A DNA stretch of 64,000 nucleotides from Acidobacteriota bacterium (GTDB lineage: Bacteria; Acidobacteriota; Terriglobia; Terriglobales; SCQP01): positions 14,886 through 78,885 of the forward strand of contig JAKASR010000006.1 in the NCBI GenBank assembly GCA_021818955.1. The letters run 5' to 3'. Below, piece by piece: positions 36,572 to 45,509 of this stretch; positions within the stretch are counted from its first letter, which is position 1, and the number at the start of each line of letters is the position of its first letter. The position numbers and the translations under genes are program-made. The notes beneath the pieces were generated by a model. It was given only the letters and a program-made list of their open reading frames with translations. It made no database searches and had not been told where the DNA came from.

Positions 36572-37473
36572 GCGCGTGCCTGCAACGCCAACTGCTGCCC
36601 TTGCCGGCAGCCATGACGCCACCAGCGCCAGGGCGCGAGGGAGTGGCGCCGCAGACTGGCCGCCAGCGCCCACAGCCCCAAACCACAGTTCAACCAGCTA
36701 TACCAGCCCCATTGCCGCCGCCAATGCCGGAAATAGAGATAGGTATAAACGCGGCTGTGTTGCTGTAACGGCGGTTCCTGGATCCGGCCGCTCATCGTTT
36801 TCAAGTGCCGCAGCTGCGCCCGGGGCGTGATTGCCAAACGGCTGCCCTGCGGCAAGCGCAGGCAAAAATCAATGTCTTCCCCCTCGCAGCCGCCCCGCAG
36901 GCCTTCATCGAATTTCAACCCCGCAATGCGGGATGCGCGAAATCCCATCAGCCCGCCGCTCAATCGGGTCACCGGAATTGGCGCTTCGCCTCGCGTCCGG
37001 ATTTGCCCCCAATACACCGGCTGGCGATCGTCATAAAAGGGGCCGCGCTGAAAACAACACTGCCATAAACGCCGCGCGGCCGGCGGCGGAACATAATTAG
37101 TTACCCGCCCGGCAATCCCATCCAGCCGGGTATCCGTTTCCAAGGCGCCAATCAAGGCGGCTAAAAAATCCGCCTTGAGCTCGACATCATCGTCCAGAAA
37201 TACCCAATACGCGCCGCCCGCCAGCGTCATGGCGCGATTACGTGCGGCCGCCGCTCCGCCAATTGCCGGATCGTGCACATAGCGCAACGCGATTGCCGGC
37301 TGGCCCGCCAACTGCCGCCGCGCCTCTGCTTCGCTCGAAGCCGAGGGCGTCTGGTCAATAACCACCACCTCCGCCGGCGCGCGCGTCTGCCGACGCAGGT
37401 CGGCCAGGGTCGCCAGCAATTCGCGCTGCCGATTTTTGGTCGGAATCAGCACCGAGATCGTTTTTCGAGTCAT
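36568..37473 (-). CDS. Glycosyltransferase family 2
   Basis: ISVLIPTKNRQRELLATLADLRRQT and the DxD motif in VFLDDDVEL. Confidence 0.8.
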   Translation of the reverse strand: MTRKTISVLIPTKNRQRELLATLADLRRQTRAPAEVVVIDQTPSASSEAEARRQLAGQPAIALRYVHDPAIGGAAAARNRAMTLAGGAYWVFLDDDVELKADFLAALIGALETDTRLDGIAGRVTNYVPPPAARRLWQCCFQRGPFYDDRQPVYWGQIRTRGEAPIPVTRLSGGLMGFRASRIAGLKFDEGLRGGCEGEDIDFCLRLPQGSRLAITPRAQLRHLKTMSGRIQEPPLQQHSRVYTYLYFRHWRRQWGWYSWLNCGLGLWALAASLRRHSLAPWRWWRHGCRQGQQLALQARA

Positions 37474-38986
37474 GCCGCCGTTTCCCTTCCTTCGGCTGGC
37501 GAGTCCCGGGCAACAGCAGCCGGATTAATTGCTGCAGTTCCGCGCCGCGGTAACCTGCCAGGACCAAATAGGCTCCGCCATTGCCCATCCAGAGCAGCGT
37601 GCCCTGCTGCCATGAGATGCGGCCCGCGTGCGCGGTCCAGAGCGCTGTCGCCCCAATCAGCCCGAAATAAAGCAGCGGATTGCCAAATGCGGAAGCCGAA
37701 ACCTGCCGCAGGTTTCGTAATAGGAAATAGCTGGCCAGATAATAGACCAACTCGCCCAGCCCCCAGGCGGCGATCGCACCCCCAAAGCCCCAGCGGTGCC
37801 AAAAAGGCCAGAAACTCGCAATGAAAATCGCGGCATGCAGCGCTGCCGCCACCAAGGCGCGTTGCGCATGCCCGCTGGCATTCAAGAGCAATCCATGCAG
37901 CGCATTGCAGGCTTGCAGCGAAGCGCAGATTACGGCCCAGGGTAAAATCCGGATCAAGGCCAGGTACGGACGCCCCAGCATCCACAGCAACGGCTGTGCA
38001 AAACAAAGCACGAAGGCGGCCGACAGCAACGCCATGGGGTAAAACATCCGGATATAGCGGAACAATACGGCATCCGTGCTGGCGAGATCGTTCACGCCCC
38101 AGGTGTGCGCCAGAGAAGGGAACAGGCTGTCGAGCAGTAATTGCAGCGATTTCCGCAAAGTCTGGGAGAGGCTTTTCAAGGCGACATACTCGCCCAGGAC
38201 GCTAAGGCCACCGGCGCGCAACACCAGTAAAAGATCGAAACGGTTGGCGAAAAAATTCAAAATACTATTGCTCTGCAGGCTAAGCGTATAACTCCAAAAA
38301 CCTGCCGGCAGGCGCACATCCACGCCCGCCGGCGGCAAAAGACGGCGCAAGCGCGCCAGCCCTATCCCTGCGCCCACAGTCGCTAAAAACAGGTAAGTGC
38401 CCCAGATCGCCGCTTGCGCGTGCAAGCGAAACCAGACCGGAGTCCACATCCATAAGCCGGCATAGGCCAAAAACGACAGAATGGGCACGGCGCGGCTCAA
38501 GGCCTGGGCAAAGGCGATTTCCAGGGTTCCTTTCAAGGCGGCAATGGCGAGCATATAAGCGATCGTGACTGGCGCCAGCCAGACCAGCGCCAGTTCCAGT
38601 CGCGTATCGCTACCCGGGCCAAATACAAAATGCAGCCATTCCGGCTCAAGCGTCGCCAGCAATAACCAGGGCGCCAGCGCCAGACCAACAATACCGATAT
38701 AACGGGTTAAAAATTTTCTTTTTTCCGGATCCGGCAAGCGTGGCAAAAATGCCATTACCACCGCATCTCCTCCGAGGTAGAGAAAAACGCTTGCCAGGCT
38801 GGAATAAACGCCCAGCAAACCAAAGGTTCCGAGAATTTCAGGCCCCGTGCGCGCCAGCAGGACACGAGTCCCTAGGCTGAAGGGGACCGATAGCGCGGCC
38901 AGCCAAAAGGTCCAGCGCATACCCGAGAAGATGCGCCCCTGCAGCCAGTGACCGCTGTCCGGTGTTTTATGGGCCAAGCCAATCAT
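37355..38986 (-). CDS. Wzx-type polysaccharide flippase (MOP superfamily)
   Basis: 543 aa with about 12-14 hydrophobic helices. N-terminal pattern LLARTGPEILGTFGLL. The 3' 119 nt overlap the next gene. Confidence 0.7.
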   Translation of the reverse strand: MIGLAHKTPDSGHWLQGRIFSGMRWTFWLAALSVPFSLGTRVLLARTGPEILGTFGLLGVYSSLASVFLYLGGDAVVMAFLPRLPDPEKRKFLTRYIGIVGLALAPWLLLATLEPEWLHFVFGPGSDTRLELALVWLAPVTIAYMLAIAALKGTLEIAFAQALSRAVPILSFLAYAGLWMWTPVWFRLHAQAAIWGTYLFLATVGAGIGLARLRRLLPPAGVDVRLPAGFWSYTLSLQSNSILNFFANRFDLLLVLRAGGLSVLGEYVALKSLSQTLRKSLQLLLDSLFPSLAHTWGVNDLASTDAVLFRYIRMFYPMALLSAAFVLCFAQPLLWMLGRPYLALIRILPWAVICASLQACNALHGLLLNASGHAQRALVAAALHAAIFIASFWPFWHRWGFGGAIAAWGLGELVYYLASYFLLRNLRQVSASAFGNPLLYFGLIGATALWTAHAGRISWQQGTLLWMGNGGAYLVLAGYRGAELQQLIRLLLPGTRQPKEGKRRHDSKNDLGADSDQKSAARIAGDPGRPASADARAGGGGGY

Positions 38987-40656
38987 CGCCGTCGCGGCAA
39001 ATAGCCGAGCCTCCGCGCCAGCGCCGCGCTCCAGCGCAGGATCTGCAAATTGCCGGCGCGGACCTGGCGGAGGAAATTCCCGTAATCTCGTGTTTCACCG
39101 CCGGTCGAGTATCCCCACAGGTCATGCCGCCGTTTACGCATCGCTTCCCGGCCGTCATAGGCGTTGTCGCGCCAACTCACCAGTCCCCAATTCATCTTTT
39201 CCGCCCAGGAATCGGCGAAGGCCCAATATTTAATGCCCACCACCGGGCACTGGCCAGCCTCGCATCGCCAGAATGCGGTGGTCACCGCCTGCCGGTAGGC
39301 TTGCCCGCGCCCGGCTTGGGTCCGGTAAAGCCGGACTCCGGCCGGCGCATGCGGGTAATGCCAGAGATCGGAATCGGCGTTGGCCGCCAGCCCCAGCCAG
39401 CTCACGATTGGAATCTTGCCAGTGGCCGCAAGCGTTTCCTGCAATATGCGTTGGCTCGCCACATTGGCCTGCAGCACGTCAACGTTTTCTGCGGCCGCGC
39501 GCAAGATGCCGCGGCGGGTCAATCCACCCCAGCCGTTGAGTGTCGCCGGGCCGAAGACGAGATGCCCTGGAGCGGCCTGTCGCAGTGCGGCGGTGGTTGC
39601 TCTGAAATACTGCCGTGCGTAAAGATAGACGAAGTGATTCAAATCGCGGCGAACTGCCGCCTGAGCGGTGTGCAAGCCGCAACTATCGCTTCCGATCCAG
39701 GCATGACGGCCATTTTCATCCAGCCATCCGCGGCCGCGGCCCCAGCCGCCGTCATCGCCAAAGCGGCTGTAATCGGATCGCCACGCGGCGTTAAGCCTGG
39801 CAATTGTGCCGTATTGCCGGCGCAAGAAATCCTTCAGGGCCAGCTTCGTGTACACTTGCCGGTCGCGATAGCGCAGCCGTAACCGGGCATTGCCGGACTG
39901 CTCGAAATTGGTGACCGCGGCTACCCAACCCAGATGGGGACTGCAACGCACGGCCTGCGGTTCAGGGCCCGGACCGAAGCCGACCAGATTGTCGGCGTCA
40001 TCGCTGGTGATGCCGATCAGCCAGCGCGACTGCCGCACTGATTGCGGCAAGGCCTGAGCTTCGCCGCGCGCATAGGCGGCAAAATCGGGATCGAAGACGT
40101 CTGGCGTCGCCTGCCCGCGCCAGCCGCGATAAAATCGGCGATCGACTCCGGCCAGCAAGTCTTTTACAGGATTCCGGGCGAAACCCTGGAGATTACGCAA
40201 GCTGTAGAGCGCCGGACGAATCATCGCCACGAAAGGCATGCGCACGGGATTGCTCCAGCCTCCGCCCCAGGGGCCGCGCACGGGCAGGAGGTAAAGGCTG
40301 GCGTATTCTCCCAGGCTATTAAAGCCCCAGCTCAACAGCCGCCTCGCGCTTTGCTTCGCCCAGATTTTTTCGGTGGCATACTTGGCGATGGCATAGTTGG
40401 CATAGCTGCGGCCGACGGTATCGCGTCCATGGCTGGCGTCCACGTCATCCACCGCCAGCATCCAGAAAACCCGCCCGTTGGGCGTCAGCAGCCACCATCG
40501 GCCATTTCGCCGCAACCGGCTGAAATAACGCCGGGGCGGCGTTAGCGGCGCGCCGACACCGCCAAAATGCGGACGTGCCGCAGCCAGAGCACAGCAACAA
40601 CCCAAAAGCAGCAGACTGCGCGCCAGTACCGTTTGTCCCATGCGAATCGCGATCAT
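38983..40656 (-). CDS. Secreted hypothetical protein, possibly a TIM-barrel glycoside hydrolase (GH42/GH50-like)
   Basis: Signal peptide MIAIRMGQTVLARSLLLLGCCCALAAA. Segments YGTIARLNAAWRSDY and VVGIKYWAFADSW resemble beta-galactosidase/agarase-like families. ATGA overlaps at both ends. Confidence 0.35.
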   Translation of the reverse strand: MIAIRMGQTVLARSLLLLGCCCALAAARPHFGGVGAPLTPPRRYFSRLRRNGRWWLLTPNGRVFWMLAVDDVDASHGRDTVGRSYANYAIAKYATEKIWAKQSARRLLSWGFNSLGEYASLYLLPVRGPWGGGWSNPVRMPFVAMIRPALYSLRNLQGFARNPVKDLLAGVDRRFYRGWRGQATPDVFDPDFAAYARGEAQALPQSVRQSRWLIGITSDDADNLVGFGPGPEPQAVRCSPHLGWVAAVTNFEQSGNARLRLRYRDRQVYTKLALKDFLRRQYGTIARLNAAWRSDYSRFGDDGGWGRGRGWLDENGRHAWIGSDSCGLHTAQAAVRRDLNHFVYLYARQYFRATTAALRQAAPGHLVFGPATLNGWGGLTRRGILRAAAENVDVLQANVASQRILQETLAATGKIPIVSWLGLAANADSDLWHYPHAPAGVRLYRTQAGRGQAYRQAVTTAFWRCEAGQCPVVGIKYWAFADSWAEKMNWGLVSWRDNAYDGREAMRKRRHDLWGYSTGGETRDYGNFLRQVRAGNLQILRWSAALARRLGYLPRRR

Positions 40657-41918
40657 GCCGGTTGGAGGCGCGTCCGTTCCGCCTCGCGCGCGGCCAGCGG
40701 CGGCAATGCCAATGCGAGAAACAAGGCCAGCCACAGCAACTTTTGGTATTCCGCCGATAGAAAAAACATGCTCACCGCGTACCCCAATAACCCCGCTTCC
40801 AGGGCTTCCGCGGTGATCCTGACAAGACTGCCCGACGGCGCCTGCTTGCGACTGCGCTCAAGACTGCGCCACGTTGCCAGCCATAGCAGCCCCCATGCCA
40901 GCAATCCCGGCAAGCCCAATTCAGCGGCGATTTCCAGATAGGTGTTATGGGCAAGGGAACGCACGCTCCCGTTCGAACGCCATGCGTCTTTGTGCGGAGC
41001 TTTTTCATAAGCGGCCACCTGGTTTTTAAAATTGCCCAGCCCCACTCCCCACAGTGGATGGGCGATGACCATGCGCAACCCCGCCCGCCAGACCACCTCG
41101 CGCTTCATCACCGCCATCCGGTCGCTGCGGCTGGGATGAAGTAAACGCTGCAGAGGCGAGTTGGGCAAAGCCAGCAGCAGCGGCAAAATCAGCAGTCCGG
41201 CCGGGGCATATTTCCACACCTGGAGGTTGCCGAACGTTAAGCCGCGCCGGCGTGATGCCGGTTGGGCGCGCTGCGCTCGCCACACCAGCCATAACGCGCC
41301 GGCAATCAGTCCCAGCAGCCCGCCACGAGAGGCCGCCAGCCAAGTCGCCACGATCAGCAACAACATGCCCGCAGTCAACAGCCAACGGAGAGCCGGGTGC
41401 CGGTTCTCCCGGCGCAGGTTCCAGATCAGCGGCAGCACCAAAACCGCACCGATGGTGAAGTAATTGGGGTCGCCTGCGATCCATCCGGGACGGAAATGCG
41501 CAGTACCCAGATGGTTCTGCCATTCCCGCAAGACGTACAGCGCGGCCAGGCCCATACCACCCGCCATGGCCCAAAGCGTAGCCCGCAACCGCCGCTCCGT
41601 GGTCACCAGTATTAGTACCGTGGGTAATAACGCCAGAAACGAAAGGTAGCTCGCGCCCGGGCTGTGCGACCAAGGCGAAGGCGAGCCTACAAACGCCTCG
41701 GACAACAAGCTCCAGCAAGCCAAGGCAATAAAATACACGCTGGCCGGCTGCCGCAGTCCCGCCCAGGGCTTCTTCCGCCGGGGCAAGATCAGCGCGAGCA
41801 CCAAGCAGGTGAAACCTAGATACTTAATCACGCTGATACTGCCGAAAAAATGCTCCAGCAGCGGACTACGTTCCAACGGCATGGAGGCCACCAGCAGATA
41901 AAACAACCCCATGCACAC
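40653..41918 (-). CDS. O-antigen ligase/polymerase-family membrane protein (Wzy_C-type)
   Basis: About 10-12 TM segments. Conserved loop SRGGLLGL...SLAHNTYLEIAAELGLPGLL. Confidence 0.75.
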   Translation of the reverse strand: MCMGLFYLLVASMPLERSPLLEHFFGSISVIKYLGFTCLVLALILPRRKKPWAGLRQPASVYFIALACWSLLSEAFVGSPSPWSHSPGASYLSFLALLPTVLILVTTERRLRATLWAMAGGMGLAALYVLREWQNHLGTAHFRPGWIAGDPNYFTIGAVLVLPLIWNLRRENRHPALRWLLTAGMLLLIVATWLAASRGGLLGLIAGALWLVWRAQRAQPASRRRGLTFGNLQVWKYAPAGLLILPLLLALPNSPLQRLLHPSRSDRMAVMKREVVWRAGLRMVIAHPLWGVGLGNFKNQVAAYEKAPHKDAWRSNGSVRSLAHNTYLEIAAELGLPGLLAWGLLWLATWRSLERSRKQAPSGSLVRITAEALEAGLLGYAVSMFFLSAEYQKLLWLALFLALALPPLAAREAERTRLQPA

Positions 41919-43155
41919 CTCCTTCCCCCCACGGCAGCCGCGCTAGCGCCTGAGCCAGGGCATGGCGCAGTTGCCGTGGGCTGTAGTTTGCCCGCAGCCG
42001 GCGCTGCGCGGCCCGGCCCAGCGCCGCGCGGCGCAGTGGATCGCGCAGTAAAGCCACGGTCTTGGCGGCGAATTCTTGCGGCGCATCGGCCAACTCCAAT
42101 TCCTGTTCAGGCTGAAACTCCAAGCCTTCCGCCCCCAGGCGGGTGCTGACGATGGCGCGTTCCCAGGCCGCGGCTTCCAGAATCTTGAAACGAGTGCCGG
42201 CGCCAATCCGCAGCGGAACCACGGCCACGGCCGCTTGCGCCAGCCAGGGCGCCAAGCTGGCTTGGGTTCCTGTAAAACGCGTGCGAGACAATTGTCGCCA
42301 ACGATGCTGCCAGCGCGCGGGGCCTTCCCGCCCGGCAATGATCCATTCCGCTTCGGGCGCCTCCCGCAAAACGCGGGGCCAAATCTGAGTTCCGAAAAAC
42401 TCAACCGCGTCGCGGTTGGGTAGCCAATCCATACCACCGCTGTAAAGCACCCACGGGCGCGCCTTCGCCATCGCCGCGGGCTCGGGAATGGAGATCACGT
42501 TAGGCGCGACCGCGATAGCGGCGGCGTCGCCGAGTTCCCGCCGCAGCATCTCCGCTTCCTGTCGGGAGCAGGTCAGCACCAGCGCCGCCTGGCGATAAAT
42601 CTGCATCTCCCGCCGATGCAGCGCGCGCGCTTCCCGTGCGGCATAGGCGCTCCGCCAGGCGGTGGGCATCGTGGCGCGATAGCGTTGCCAGATGCGGTAT
42701 TCCAGATTGTGCGCATTGACCACTAGCGGCAGTGGTGGCGGCCAGGGCAGATTCATGGCCGGATAGGGGCTCTCGCACCAGATGGCGTCGAATTTCTTTT
42801 GCCGCAGCCAGCTCGTAATGCGTGCTTGCCAGGCTCGATCGCGCCAGCGCTCGAAGGCGTAGGCGTTGCCGTTAAGCGCCGCGCGCGCCCTCCCGCACCA
42901 GGCGCGCGCGCTGCTTGCCGGCGCCGGATTGAACGGCACATATTCCGCCGCTTCGCACTCCGGGAAATCCGTCTCCGGCGGCGCTCCCGCCGCCAGCAGC
43001 ACCAGGCGATGGCCTTCGGCGGCCAGCGCCGTCAAAGTCGAACTCATGCGCATGCGCAAACCATTTGTCGCCGGCCGCGGCGCATCCGGAGCCAGGATCA
43101 GCAAACGCAGGCCGGTTCCGGCTCCAGCTTTCAGCTTTGCGTCATCGTTTGGCAT
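41866..43155 (-). CDS. Glycosyltransferase family 4 (GT-B)
   Basis: LRLLILAPDAPRPATNG at the N-terminus and a C-terminal GT-B region (VLYSGGMDWLPNRDAVEFF...). Start set at ATG 43155, 14 nt after the upstream stop. Confidence 0.7.
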   Translation of the reverse strand: MPNDDAKLKAGAGTGLRLLILAPDAPRPATNGLRMRMSSTLTALAAEGHRLVLLAAGAPPETDFPECEAAEYVPFNPAPASSARAWCGRARAALNGNAYAFERWRDRAWQARITSWLRQKKFDAIWCESPYPAMNLPWPPPLPLVVNAHNLEYRIWQRYRATMPTAWRSAYAAREARALHRREMQIYRQAALVLTCSRQEAEMLRRELGDAAAIAVAPNVISIPEPAAMAKARPWVLYSGGMDWLPNRDAVEFFGTQIWPRVLREAPEAEWIIAGREGPARWQHRWRQLSRTRFTGTQASLAPWLAQAAVAVVPLRIGAGTRFKILEAAAWERAIVSTRLGAEGLEFQPEQELELADAPQEFAAKTVALLRDPLRRAALGRAAQRRLRANYSPRQLRHALAQALARLPWGEGGVHGVVLSAGGLHAVGT

Positions 43156-43168
43156 CGCAGCATCGGCC

Positions 43169-44317
43169 TCAACTGCGAGTGGTAACCAGCAGCCGGCGGT
43201 AGTTTTCGACCAGGCCCAGTTCCCACCCTCGTCCGAACTGCGCCGGCAGCGGCAACCATGGCGGCAATGCCGGCGCATTTTTTCCTTCGTTCAACAGCCG
43301 CTCCAGTCCGGCGTAGACCCAATATCGCGGTGATGCTCGCCAGCCGCGGCAGATCCAGGCCGGCCATCTCCGGCATTCGCGCACGTCCAGCGCGCGGGCT
43401 GCGGCCAGCCAGCCCCGGAACCGCTCCCGCCAAGCCAGCCGGCGGTACCAGTTCGCCAATTGCTGGTAGGTAATGCCGTTCCCCTCCGGGTCGGCCATCT
43501 GCACCCGTTCCCAAGCCCAAAGCCGCGCCGCATCCGATAACGCATGATGTCGAAGCTCTTGCCATCTCCAGGCGGGTAGCTGGCGCTCGCCCAGCTTATA
43601 GGGGGTGGCGGCGCTGACTCGTTCCACCCACGCCTGCCAAGCCGTTCCGGATTGCTTCGACCAGCGCAGCAAGCGCATCTGGCGCTCGCGATAACCGGCG
43701 GCGCAAGCATGCTCGAAAATCAATCGCGAGGTGCCCATGTCCACGTAGAGTTTGCACAACGCATAATGCCAATCGCGGCTCCAGCGCGCCTCTAGCCATT
43801 CCAGCAAGCGATTCGCCAACAGCCTCCAGCCGTCCTCCCGGGCAATTTGCGCGGCGTCTTGCGCGGGTACCCGCCCAAGCACCTCAGGGTCACCCGCAAC
43901 GACCCGTCCGCAGGCGCGCAGTTCGAAGGCGAACAACCCGGAACCCAGGCGGCGTAAGTTAGGTGACCGGATGCGGCCTATATCCACTCGCGCTTGCAAG
44001 CCTTGGCGCTTCAAGGCTAGCGCCAGCCGTTGCTGCAACTGTTCGCATTCGCCTTGCGACGGTAAGTTCCCGCGATGATCGAAGACCGCCAGCAATTCGG
44101 CGTCTCCCAACAATCGCCCTCGGCCGTTTTCCCGCACCCAGGCTTCTTCCCGCCGTGCCATACTGCCGGTCAGAATTAACGCCCGCCAGTTTCCTCCCCA
44201 ATTTGGCTCATAGATCGCCAGTACCTGGGCCAACAGATTGTTTCGGGCAGTTTGGGCCGCAGAGGAAGATAAAAATTCCGTTTCCAGGATCCGCTGATTT
44301 GATTTTTCAGCCATCAT
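43169..44317 (-). CDS. Hypothetical protein with an N-terminal nucleotidyltransferase (Pol-beta superfamily)-like motif
   Basis: LTGSMARREE...GDAELLAVF resembles the GS-x(n)-[DE]x[DE] NTase signature. The rest is a W/R-rich helical region with no recognisable family. Confidence 0.35.
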   Translation of the reverse strand: MMAEKSNQRILETEFLSSSAAQTARNNLLAQVLAIYEPNWGGNWRALILTGSMARREEAWVRENGRGRLLGDAELLAVFDHRGNLPSQGECEQLQQRLALALKRQGLQARVDIGRIRSPNLRRLGSGLFAFELRACGRVVAGDPEVLGRVPAQDAAQIAREDGWRLLANRLLEWLEARWSRDWHYALCKLYVDMGTSRLIFEHACAAGYRERQMRLLRWSKQSGTAWQAWVERVSAATPYKLGERQLPAWRWQELRHHALSDAARLWAWERVQMADPEGNGITYQQLANWYRRLAWRERFRGWLAAARALDVRECRRWPAWICRGWRASPRYWVYAGLERLLNEGKNAPALPPWLPLPAQFGRGWELGLVENYRRLLVTTRS

Positions 44318-45507
44318 GCCGCTTGCCTTAACCCGGCGCAGGTCGTGTGCGGGTGGAGAGCCTGTTCATAGACGCAAGCGGTTTCTTCCACTTGTTGAGC
44401 CAGGTCGAAATGTTCGGCAACCCACGTTCGTCCTGCGGCGCCCATGCGCTCGCGGCCTTCCTGTGTGCCGAGCAATTCGGCGATGGCCTCGGCCAGCGCC
44501 GCAGTATTGCCGGGCGGCGCGAGAAACCCATTGATCCCATGCCGCACCACTTCCGGGATTCCATCCACATCGCTGGCCACGACCGGCCGCGACATCGCTA
44601 AAGATTCCAGCGCTGCCAGCGGCAAACCTTCAAACCAGGAAGGCAGCACGCTCACCCAAGCTGCCGCCAGCCAGTCGCGCGGATCGGGCAAGTAACCCAC
44701 CAGCCGCACCGATTCGGGATGCTGCAGCCGCGCAATGCGCGCTTCCAATTCCCTGCGCATGCTGCCTTCGCCCACTAGCGCGAGACGTAGCCGCGGAACA
44801 CGTTGCCAGAGCCGAGGCATCGCCTCAAGCAGTACGGCGTGCCCTTTCTGCGGCTCCAGCCGGCCCACCTGGACCAGCAGGGGATCGTTTTCACTCCACC
44901 CCCAATCGCGCGGCCAGCAGGCGCGCCGTGGCCGCGGCTTCCAGTAAGCCAGATCGCAGCCATTGCGAATGGTGACGACTTTGGCGGCGGGCAGCCGCTT
45001 GCGCTCCAATAAGTAAGCGGCATTGGCCTGGCTGACCGCAATATAGCGATCCACCAGCCGCGCCTGGACGCGGTCCCAGAAATAACTGCGCTTCCAAATG
45101 CCGGCGCCGCCTGGTCCCGGTGCATGCGGCTGCGATTCGCGCCAGGCCTCGCGCAGGTGCGGCGTTTCCACAATCCATGCGACTCCGGCCAGGGTGGCTG
45201 CCGGGACGGCGCAAACGCTGGCGCGAAACATGTGAGTGTGCAGTACGTCGACGCGTTGCCGCCGCAGCCACTGCGATAAGCGAAAAACGGCGCCTCCGCC
45301 CAGCGGCGGGCGCAATTCCACCGCCAGCCTCGCAATATCCTCCGGCCAGCGTGCCGCGCCGGCGGCCAACAAGGCTGCCGGCGCGGCCACCAGCGGCTGG
45401 ATTCGTTCTCGTGGCAAACGGACGAGTAGTTGCGCCATGTATTCTTCCGCGCCGCCCCAATGCCGCGCGATCGAGACATGCGCTACCACCAGCCGCCGCG
45501 GCTTCAT
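44314..45507 (-). CDS. Glycosyltransferase family 4 (GT-B)
   Basis: VGRLEPQKGHAVLLEAM. EX7E region LPSWFEGLPLAALESLAMSRPVVASDVDGIPEVV. Start at ATG 45507, 2 nt after the upstream stop. Confidence 0.85.
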   Translation of the reverse strand: MKPRRLVVAHVSIARHWGGAEEYMAQLLVRLPRERIQPLVAAPAALLAAGAARWPEDIARLAVELRPPLGGGAVFRLSQWLRRQRVDVLHTHMFRASVCAVPAATLAGVAWIVETPHLREAWRESQPHAPGPGGAGIWKRSYFWDRVQARLVDRYIAVSQANAAYLLERKRLPAAKVVTIRNGCDLAYWKPRPRRACWPRDWGWSENDPLLVQVGRLEPQKGHAVLLEAMPRLWQRVPRLRLALVGEGSMRRELEARIARLQHPESVRLVGYLPDPRDWLAAAWVSVLPSWFEGLPLAALESLAMSRPVVASDVDGIPEVVRHGINGFLAPPGNTAALAEAIAELLGTQEGRERMGAAGRTWVAEHFDLAQQVEETACVYEQALHPHTTCAGLRQAA

Positions 45508-45509
45508 CC

